Below, in pieces: positions 40,204-47,536 of a stretch of DNA of 64,000 nucleotides. The notes under the pieces are model-generated. The model did not search any database. It was not told the origin of the DNA and worked only from the letters and a program-made list of their open reading frames with translations. Source of the stretch: Bacteroidota bacterium. Its GTDB lineage: Bacteria > Bacteroidota > Bacteroidia > NS11-12g > UBA9320. The translations under genes were made by a program, and so were the position numbers. Each line of letters opens with the position of its first letter. Position 1 is the stretch's first letter. The DNA is taken from assembly GCA_013359235.1 (NCBI GenBank), contig JABWCE010000016.1:733-64732 (forward strand). The letters are read 5' to 3'.

Positions 40204-40893
40204 ATGACAACAGAAACTAATAATCCAAAATGGCTCGAAGCCATGAAAATTGACGAAATAACAAAGTGGTACGAAAACAATCGTAAAAATGCCAATATCG
40301 GCATGATAGCACTTATAGCAATAATTGCAGGTGTATTTTATTATTTCAAATATTACAAACCACAGATTGAAAACGAAGCAGCAGCACAACTTTTTATGGC
40401 AGAGAGATATTTTGAAAAAGACTCGATGGATAAAGTATTGAAAGGAGATGGCAAATACTCTTCAGCCCCTGATATAGCCGATGAATATGGAAATACAAAA
40501 GCCGGAAATCTTGCAAAATACTACGCCGGAAGAGCATACATGAGCAAAGGAGATTTTAAAAAAGCATTAGAATACATTGAAGATGCAAGTTTTAATGATG
40601 AAATAATGTCATCAATGATCATAGGTTTGCAGGCTGATTGCTATTCGGAACTTGGAGATTTGGCAAAAGCTGCCGATACTTATATGAAAGCTGCACAAAA
40701 ACGCGAAAATCTTTACACTTCGCCCATGTTTTTGATGAAAGCAGGTATTCATTACGAAGAGGTAAAAAAATGGGAAGAAGCTGTAAAAGCCTATACTATG
40801 ATAAAAGACAAATACAAAGAATCAAGGCAGGCACAACTTTCGATGAAATACATTGCAAGAGCTATGGCTCATCTCGGAAAAACACCTGAATAA
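40204..40893 (+). CDS. Membrane-anchored tetratricopeptide-repeat protein (YfgM-like)
   Basis: One N-terminal TM helix followed by TPR-like helical repeats. Confidence 0.55.
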   Translation: MTTETNNPKWLEAMKIDEITKWYENNRKNANIGMIALIAIIAGVFYYFKYYKPQIENEAAAQLFMAERYFEKDSMDKVLKGDGKYSSAPDIADEYGNTKAGNLAKYYAGRAYMSKGDFKKALEYIEDASFNDEIMSSMIIGLQADCYSELGDLAKAADTYMKAAQKRENLYTSPMFLMKAGIHYEEVKKWEEAVKAYTMIKDKYKESRQAQLSMKYIARAMAHLGKTPE

Positions 40894-40895
40894 TA

Positions 40896-41366
40896 ATGTC
40901 TTCAATAGACAAAATACTATCAGCAGATTTATCGTCATTGCCCGATGGAAAATATTATCGTGTAGGAATAGTATGTTCAGAATGGAATATTGAAATAACT
41001 ACTGCAATGTGCAACGGAGCTATCAAAATCCTTCAAAAAGCCGGTGTTGATACAAAAAATATATTTGTTTGCAATGTACCCGGAGCATTTGAATTGCCTT
41101 TGGCTGCACAAAAAATTGCTAAACATTCTGAAATTGACGGTGTAATTTGTATAGGTTGTGTAATACGTGGCGAAACAACTCATTACGACTACATTTGCAA
41201 TGCTGCTGCAACAGGTATTATGCAAGTAGGTTTAAATTTTAATAAACCTATAATTTTTGGTGTGCTTACAACCGAAAATATGCAACAAGCAATAGACCGT
41301 GCCGGAGGAAAATACGGCAACAAAGGTGAAGAAGCTGCATATAGCCTTCTCAAAATGTTAGCTTAA
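40896..41366 (+). CDS. ribH: 6,7-dimethyl-8-ribityllumazine synthase
   Basis: VPGAFELP, IRGETTHYDY, and FGVLT. Confidence 0.95.
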   Translation: MSSIDKILSADLSSLPDGKYYRVGIVCSEWNIEITTAMCNGAIKILQKAGVDTKNIFVCNVPGAFELPLAAQKIAKHSEIDGVICIGCVIRGETTHYDYICNAAATGIMQVGLNFNKPIIFGVLTTENMQQAIDRAGGKYGNKGEEAAYSLLKMLA

Positions 41367-41381
41367 ACTTCTGTTTATTTA

Positions 41382-42359
41382 ATGCTTCTCATAAACAATA
41401 CAACGGTTGAACCTTACTTCAATCAAGCAGTTGAAGAGTATTTGCTCAATAATGTTGCTGATGATATTGTAATGATATGGCAAAATCAAAACGCTATTAT
41501 TGTAGGAAAGCATCAAAATACACTTGCCGAAATAAACTTTGATTTTGTAAACCAAAATAACATAAAGGTTGTAAGAAGACTATCAGGCGGAGGAACTGTT
41601 TTTCACGACTTGGGAAATATCAATTTTACTTTTATCAAAAAATATGAAGGACAAAACCCAAAAATTGATTTCAAAAAATTTTTGAATCCCGTAGTTCAAA
41701 TGCTTCACAAATATGGTATAAATGCAATGTTTTCGGGCAAAAACGATTTATTGATAAATGGAAAAAAAATATCGGGAAATGCCGAACATATTTTTCATCG
41801 TCAAAAAAAAATACTTCATCATGGCACTTTGCTTTTCTCATCTAATCTTGATTTTTTAAGAAAATCACTGAGTGATAATTCGGCATTTTATACTGATAAA
41901 GCAGTAAAATCAATAAGAAGCAGTGTTTGTAATATTTCTGATTATTTAAGTGAGAATACAGGTGTAGAACACTTTAAAAACGAAATGATTGAATATTTCA
42001 AAAATCTTTACCCAACAATAAAAACTTACAATTTTACCGAAAGTGATAGAACAATGATAAAACAAATAGCTGGTGATAAATACAGCCAGTGGCAATGGAA
42101 TTACGGATATTCGCCCAAATACACATTTCAAAAAAAGATAGAAACGGAAATGGGCAATGTAGAAATACTGTTTGATGTAGAAAAGGGAAATATTTCTAAT
42201 GTAAAAATATTTTTAAGCTTTTTACCAGATGCCGAAATTCAAAACTTAAATTTTGCTCTTATTGGTATAGAACACAAGCCCGAAGCAATTAAAAATGCTA
42301 TAAATAAATTGCAATTGAGCAATTTAAAAAATATTGAATTTTTGAATTGGTTTTATTAA
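41382..42359 (+). CDS. lplA: Lipoate--protein ligase
   Basis: RRLSGGGTVFHDLGN and GKKISGNA motifs. Confidence 0.85.
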   Translation: MLLINNTTVEPYFNQAVEEYLLNNVADDIVMIWQNQNAIIVGKHQNTLAEINFDFVNQNNIKVVRRLSGGGTVFHDLGNINFTFIKKYEGQNPKIDFKKFLNPVVQMLHKYGINAMFSGKNDLLINGKKISGNAEHIFHRQKKILHHGTLLFSSNLDFLRKSLSDNSAFYTDKAVKSIRSSVCNISDYLSENTGVEHFKNEMIEYFKNLYPTIKTYNFTESDRTMIKQIAGDKYSQWQWNYGYSPKYTFQKKIETEMGNVEILFDVEKGNISNVKIFLSFLPDAEIQNLNFALIGIEHKPEAIKNAINKLQLSNLKNIEFLNWFY

Positions 42360-42364
42360 AAAGT

Positions 42365-42400
42365 CAAACGCTGAAATAGTTTGATCTATTTCAGCGTTTG
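42365..42400. terminator. Bidirectional terminator hairpin between convergent genes
   Basis: CAAACGCTGAAATAG-tttgat-CTATTTCAGCGTTTG, a perfect 15-bp stem. Confidence 0.75.
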
Positions 42401-42407
42401 TTTGACA

Positions 42408-43778
42408 TTACTCTTTAATTATACGAGTTGAGCAAGAACCTGCTTTAATAATATAAGTCCCCGCAGGTGCATTAATAAAAATGCTGTTTGTTCCGTATTG
42501 CAACTGCCCGTCTTGCACTTTTTTGCCTGAAATATCAAAAATTGTATATGGCAAATTTTTGTCTGAATTCACAAAAAACATTTGATTTTTTACAGGATTA
42601 GGAAAAACATACAGTTCGTTTTTCTCTTTCAATTTTATATCACTTATTTGCTTAGCTTCATACCAATAATTCATTAACATACTTTTTCTCCAAGACAATG
42701 TATTAGCATTCCAATACTCAAGTAAATACTTAGTACGGTATCCATTTGCATCACGACTATATGTTAATTGTGAATTATTTTCCCATGTGCCTTTATTTAA
42801 ATAATATTCATTATCTTTTATGAGTCTGTTTGTTGCATCATAAATATAAATTTGTTTAGATGTAGAATCCCAACTTAAATTATTTACATTCCACATCTCA
42901 TTAAATATTTTTTCCAATAATCCTTTGTTATTATATACATACGAATGTCTATATTTAAATCTCCAAATATTTAAATTTGGGTTCCACTCCGAATTTATTT
43001 TGCTGGTCATTCTGTTTGAAACATCATAAATATATTCATATTTGTACTTATTTCTATATACTGAAAATATTGTATCATAATATTGTTCAATATATTTAAC
43101 TCTATTGCCATTTATATCATAACTATATAGATACTGACTATTATTTATCCATTGGTTAGTGCTCATTTTATATTTCTGTACAGAATATATTGTGTCTAAA
43201 TTTTTTGAATTATATGAATGAACAATTCTATAATCATTTCGCCAAATTTTATTAGGATGATTCCAAACTTCACGTAGATATACATTAATTCTACCATTTG
43301 GTGCATAAGTTGAAGAAAATTTTTCACTATTAACCCACTCTTTATTAACATCAGCCCATTCTTTTATAAGTTTTTGAAGTTCTAAATTGCTACCATCGTA
43401 AATATATTCATATAATTTTTTTATAGGATTGTTTATATTAGAATCTATACGGATAAGAATCTTACCACCCGAATTGTAAGAATACTTATAATAAGTATCG
43501 TATTTCAATTTTCCGCCATTAGCATCAAATTCAAAATATTTACAATCAATAATAAGATTTTTTGAATTGTAAGTAAGATTAAATGAATCCTTATCGTTCC
43601 ACTTTAAGGTGTTATTATCCCAATAGTATTATCGTTGTCCATTCATGTTTTTAGTGCCATCGCCATAATTGTCTCCTTCGTCAAATTCATAGTTTACTAG
43701 TTTATCTTGTGCAATTGAGAAAGAAGAAATTAATAATAAACATACTAAAGTTGTAAAAAAATTTTTAAGGGTTTTCAT
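42408..43778 (-). pseudogene. T9SS C-terminal-domain cargo with YD-like repeats, interrupted by one in-frame TAA
   Basis: The ATG at 43778 gives signal peptide MKTLKNFFTTLVCLLLISSFSIAQ. Codon 50 is TAA (complement of 43629-43631). The same frame then continues YYWDNNTLKWNDKDSF... into the 366-aa ORF, which ends in a T9SS tail (LYVFPNPVKNQMFF...GTYIIKAGS). Confidence 0.7.
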
Positions 43779-43837
43779 TTTGTTTTTTGTTTTGGTTTTT
43801 AATATTTTTTTTGTAATAATAATATTAAAAAAAAAAA

Positions 43838-44467
43838 TTGAAAAAAAATTTGAGAAAAGAAGAAAAATCTAAGAAAGTAATTGAAATTCTGGAAGATTTA
43901 TTTCCCAATCCTGCTGTACCATTGATTCACAAAGACCCATACACATTATTAATTTCGGTTTTGCTATCAGCACAATGTACTGATGAAAGAGTAAATAAAA
44001 TAACTCCCATACTTTTTAACAAAGCTGATAATCCATATAAAATGGTAACATTGAGTATAGAAGAAATACAGGAAATTATAAAACCTTGTGGACTTAGTGC
44101 AGCAAAGGCAAAAGCAATATTTAATCTCAGCAAAATATTAATTGAAAATCACGATGCTAAAGTTCCAAAATCGTTTGAAGAATTGGAAAAATTACCGGGT
44201 GTTGGTCACAAAACTGCTTCGGTAGTTATGAGCCAGGCATGGGGAGTACCAGCATTTCCGGTTGATACACATATACATCGTCTTGCACATCGTTGGGGAC
44301 TTTCATCGGGCAAAAATGTGGTACAAACCGAAAATGATCTTAAAAGAATTTTTCCAAAAGAAAAATGGAACACTTTGCATTTGCAAATAATTTTTTTTGG
44401 CCGCAAATTTTGCAAAGCACGTGGTCATATAGAGCATGAATGCCCAATTTGTAGAATAATAAATTAG
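43838..44467 (+). CDS. nth: Endonuclease III (DNA glycosylase/AP lyase)
   Basis: HhH-GPD motifs (LPGVGHKTASVV, VDTHIHR). The C-terminal Fe-S loop shows only three Cys before the stop. Confidence 0.85.
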   Translation: MKKNLRKEEKSKKVIEILEDLFPNPAVPLIHKDPYTLLISVLLSAQCTDERVNKITPILFNKADNPYKMVTLSIEEIQEIIKPCGLSAAKAKAIFNLSKILIENHDAKVPKSFEELEKLPGVGHKTASVVMSQAWGVPAFPVDTHIHRLAHRWGLSSGKNVVQTENDLKRIFPKEKWNTLHLQIIFFGRKFCKARGHIEHECPICRIIN

Positions 44468-45192
44468 TTTAGTAAGTGAATTTTTTTACTTGCTTTAGAA
44501 TACGACAAAACTCCTATATGTTTATCGTTACTTGCCGTATAATTTTCATAATTACCTCTATAAATATTTACTAAACAAATAGAATTATCAGGGAAATAAG
44601 ATAACATAGAAGGTGCAATTTTATAAGAACCATTATCTGTAACTTGTACATATTTTTTTATTGAACTCGATTGATTATTTTGATTTGAATTGTCTTTAAT
44701 GAATTCAATTTCTACAATAACTGTATTAGAAGTACTACCAGCATTCCAACTTATTAATAAACTATCATTTTTATTAAAATCATTATTTAACCCACTTACA
44801 CCGAAAAGGTTGAAAGTAGTAAATTCATTTAAATTAGGATGGATGATATTTTGTGGTACAAAACCACTGTTTCCTGCAATATTTATGGTTATTGTACTGC
44901 CAATCCAATTATTGGTTTCTGGTGTTCCACTTACGAGAGATAACTTATAATTATTATTCTCGACAGAATCAACAGGAACATTTTGGGAATTAGCTGTTAA
45001 ATTACCAACATTTACGCAGGTAGAATCTTCAGTATTATTTTTGAAATTTGCATAAAATTCGTACTGATGATTTATTCCATTAAATAAAGAAAATACTTGA
45101 ATAAATCCTTCAGGATCTATCTCGTTTCCAATTATTAAATTTTGAATATTATAATCAAAATTTTTTTCTAAATCAGTAGAAGTTTTTTGCAT
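44464..45192 (-). CDS. Hypothetical protein; probable lipoprotein whose signal peptide is out of frame upstream
   Basis: No family was recognised. An upstream mini-ORF from the ATG at 45239 encodes MKKIVTLLSIVIFLMTC in another frame, and the two frames are joined across an A6 tract. Confidence 0.5.
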   Translation of the reverse strand: MQKTSTDLEKNFDYNIQNLIIGNEIDPEGFIQVFSLFNGINHQYEFYANFKNNTEDSTCVNVGNLTANSQNVPVDSVENNNYKLSLVSGTPETNNWIGSTITINIAGNSGFVPQNIIHPNLNEFTTFNLFGVSGLNNDFNKNDSLLISWNAGSTSNTVIVEIEFIKDNSNQNNQSSSIKKYVQVTDNGSYKIAPSMLSYFPDNSICLVNIYRGNYENYTASNDKHIGVLSYSKASKKIHLLN

Positions 45193-45311
45193 GTCATAAG
45201 AAATATGACAATTGATAGAAGTGTAACTATTTTTTTCATGATTTTTTATTTTTTACAAACAAATTTAATAACAAAATAAATGATAACTATCTAATTATGA
45301 AATTATTTTTT

Positions 45312-45414
45312 TATAAAAAATTTTAGACATATAACCTTGCCTGACGAAACAAATTAAAAAAACTTAAATATTCTTTCACGAATAGGTTTGTGATTACATA
45401 AACCGATAAATCAA
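45312..45414 (+). repeat. Left copy of 103-bp direct repeat flanking the MTase-HNH cassette
   Basis: Identical in length to 46846-46948, with 3 mismatches (45327, 45330, 45334). The final 80 nt are identical. Confidence 0.95.
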
Positions 45415-45545
45415 CATAAAATCATTCTATTGTGAATTATTCAAATAGTTATACATTTAACTTCTTGAAATTTTGTTCATCAGCAGGAATTAATAATAAG
45501 TAAAATATCAAAATTCATTTTATTTCTATTAGCACAAAATTTATT

Positions 45546-45553
45546 TAAATTTG
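45546..45553 (+). promoter_or_regulatory. Candidate Bacteroidota -7 promoter element (TAnnTTTG)
   Basis: TAAATTTG lies 47 nt upstream of the MTase ATG. No clear -33 TTTG partner was seen. Confidence 0.3.
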
Positions 45554-45599
45554 CAAGATAGAACTTAACAAAATATATTGCGAAAATTGTCTAAAAACC

Positions 45600-46379
45600 A
45601 TGGCAAATATGCCAGATAATTTTATTGATTTAACCATAACTTCTCCTCCTTATGATAATTTAAGGTCATATAATAATTATGTTAATGGAAATAAAAAGAA
45701 ATTTAATTATCATTCATTTCAATTTGAAGATATTGCAAAAGAATTATATAGAATAATAAAGAATGGTGGAGTTTTGGTTTGGGTAGTTGGAGATGAAACA
45801 ATTAATGGCAACGAAACAGGTAATTCTTTTAGACAAGCACTTTTTTTTAAAGAATGTGGATTTAATTTATTCGATACTATGATATACTCTAAACCTCCGA
45901 GAGGATCAGTTGGAAACAATAAAACATATTGGCAATCATTTGAATATATGTTTATATTAAGTAAGGGACAACCCAAAACAATAAATTTGTTAAGAGACCG
46001 AGAAAATAAAGAAGAAAGAAAAGGTGATAATGGAACTAAAAGACTGTATAATGGCGATTTACTAAATTTAGAACGAAATGGATATGGTAAATTTGGTAGA
46101 AGAACTAATATTTGGGAATATTACATTGGCAAAGGTCATTCAACCAAAGATAATATAGCTTTTAAACATCCTGCTATATTTCCAGAAAAATTGGCATACG
46201 ATCATATATTAAGTTGGTCAAATGTTGATGAATTAGTCTATGATCCTATGATGGGTAGCGGAACAGTTGCTAAAATGTGCATTTTAACTGATAGGCGATA
46301 CATTGGAAGTGAAATAAATGAAGAGTATTGTAATATTGCTAAAATTAGAATTTCACAAAAAAAGTTACAAATTTTATGA
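45600..46379 (+). CDS. Beta-class DNA methyltransferase, SPPY type (probable N4-cytosine, possibly N6-adenine)
   Basis: Motif IV DLTITSPPY is near the N-terminus and motif I VYDPMMGSGTV near the C-terminus, which is the beta-class order. Homology-like coding sequence continues upstream of the ATG (see findings). Confidence 0.85.
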   Translation: MANMPDNFIDLTITSPPYDNLRSYNNYVNGNKKKFNYHSFQFEDIAKELYRIIKNGGVLVWVVGDETINGNETGNSFRQALFFKECGFNLFDTMIYSKPPRGSVGNNKTYWQSFEYMFILSKGQPKTINLLRDRENKEERKGDNGTKRLYNGDLLNLERNGYGKFGRRTNIWEYYIGKGHSTKDNIAFKHPAIFPEKLAYDHILSWSNVDELVYDPMMGSGTVAKMCILTDRRYIGSEINEEYCNIAKIRISQKKLQIL

Positions 46380-46843
46380 AATGTATAGAGTGTAATAAAA
46401 ATAAAGCTGAAATAAAAGCATTTTGCAAAACTTGTTTTAATGAAACTAAAGTATGCCGAAGATGTCAACAACGAAAAAGCATTTTTGAATTTGAAAAAAA
46501 CCAGAAAAGTATTGCTGGAAAAGTATCAAGAAGAGGCGAGTGCAAAGATTGTCGCAAGTGGAGAAAACCTATACCACATAAGCTAAAATTAGAATATGAA
46601 AAAAAATATCCTATTCCTCCTATTGGTGAAAATTTTACTTGCCCAATTTGTCAAAATACAATTTTAAGGCAGTTTAAAAATGACGTTGTTTTAGACCATT
46701 CTCACATAGATGGGACAATACGTGGTTGGATTTGCAGACAATGCAATTCAAGTATTGGCATGATGGATGAAAACATAAATATATTACATAGAGCAATAAA
46801 ATGGATAAAAGGAAAATTATCTATACTATTTACAATCTCTTAA
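46376..46843 (+). CDS. Endonuclease-VII-type HNH (beta-beta-alpha-Me) nuclease with multiple CxxC zinc motifs
   Basis: CPIC...VLDHSHIDGTIRGWICRQCNSSIG matches the recombination endonuclease VII pattern (DHxH..G..RG.LC..CN..LG). There are six CxxC pairs. An ATGA start/stop overlap links it to the MTase. Confidence 0.8.
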   Translation: MKCIECNKNKAEIKAFCKTCFNETKVCRRCQQRKSIFEFEKNQKSIAGKVSRRGECKDCRKWRKPIPHKLKLEYEKKYPIPPIGENFTCPICQNTILRQFKNDVVLDHSHIDGTIRGWICRQCNSSIGMMDENINILHRAIKWIKGKLSILFTIS

Positions 46844-46845
46844 CA

Positions 46846-46948
46846 TATAAAAAATTTTAGGCAGATATCCTTGCCTGACGAAACAAATTAAAAAAACTTA
46901 AATATTCTTTCACGAATAGGTTTGTGATTACATAAACCGATAAATCAA
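46846..46948 (+). repeat. Right copy of 103-bp direct repeat (native 3' flank of the DUF2480 gene)
   Basis: See the left copy. This copy includes the TGA stop of the 46945..47469 gene. Confidence 0.95.
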
Positions 46949-47469
46949 GGTTTGTTTTTTTCAACATTCAATTTTTTAAAAACCGGTACAGTACTGCATG
47001 GTTCGCCATACATAACACTCGAAGCAACAGGCTGAAGGATTTTTAATATTTCAACATAAGCAAACACAGGGACAGGCAAATTTCCACATCCCTTTACTAC
47101 TATTTTGTGGTTTCGGTATTGTTCTACATCAATGTTTGATAATGCCATCTGAAAAAGAGAATTTTCGAGTTGCTCAGTATTTCCAAAAACAAAATAATTT
47201 GCAATACCAGACAGTTTGCTGCCTACAAGCATAAATGCCCATGTTGGCACTATTGCATCGGCAGTGCAAACAATTGCTACATTTTTGTTTTTGTAAACTG
47301 TCCAATCATTATTTTTTACAAATTCCCTAAAATCTTTTTCCTTTAAAATTAAACCCATATACAGGCAATCTTTTATATCAAAAACTACACGTTCGTTTTT
47401 ATCATAATAATCTTCGAGGTTTATGGTTATTATACCGCTGTTTGCAACTTTATTTATTATTGTTTCCAT
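46945..47469 (-). CDS. DUF2480-family protein
   Basis: METIINKVANSGIITINLEDYY...GLILKEKDFREFV...KGCGNLPVPVFAY...MYGEPCSTVPVFK matches my recollection of the conserved Bacteroidota DUF2480 family. Confidence 0.6.
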   Translation of the reverse strand: METIINKVANSGIITINLEDYYDKNERVVFDIKDCLYMGLILKEKDFREFVKNNDWTVYKNKNVAIVCTADAIVPTWAFMLVGSKLSGIANYFVFGNTEQLENSLFQMALSNIDVEQYRNHKIVVKGCGNLPVPVFAYVEILKILQPVASSVMYGEPCSTVPVFKKLNVEKNKP

Positions 47470-47536
47470 TGAATTTTAAGCTATATTGTTTAAAAACATT
47501 GAACTTTATGCTTTGTTCGCAATTTGTTTTACTTTT

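Larger units (their letters stand above)
45312..46948 (+). mobile_element. Putative inserted R-M-like cassette (MTase + HNH nuclease) including both flanking direct repeats
   Basis: Direct-repeat bracket, a two-gene payload, and decayed neighbouring genes. No recombinase is present, so mobility is inferred only. Confidence 0.45.

Noticed and set aside
40638-40889. An 83-aa alternative-frame ORF inside the TPR protein gene.
   Set aside because: It lies on the same strand, nested in a longer ORF with coherent TPR-like helices. It has no independent start context or motif.
43629-43631. The in-frame TAA as evidence of stop-codon reassignment or an alternative genetic code.
   Set aside because: TAA terminates many clearly complete genes in this window (corA and the T9SS cargo at 3522, for example). 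All housekeeping ORFs are intact under code 11.
45415-46845. Terminal inverted repeats or a hidden transposase/integrase in the cassette.
   Set aside because: Comparing the first roughly 30 nt after the left repeat with the reverse complement of the last roughly 30 nt before the right repeat shows no match. The two ORFs account for almost all coding capacity.
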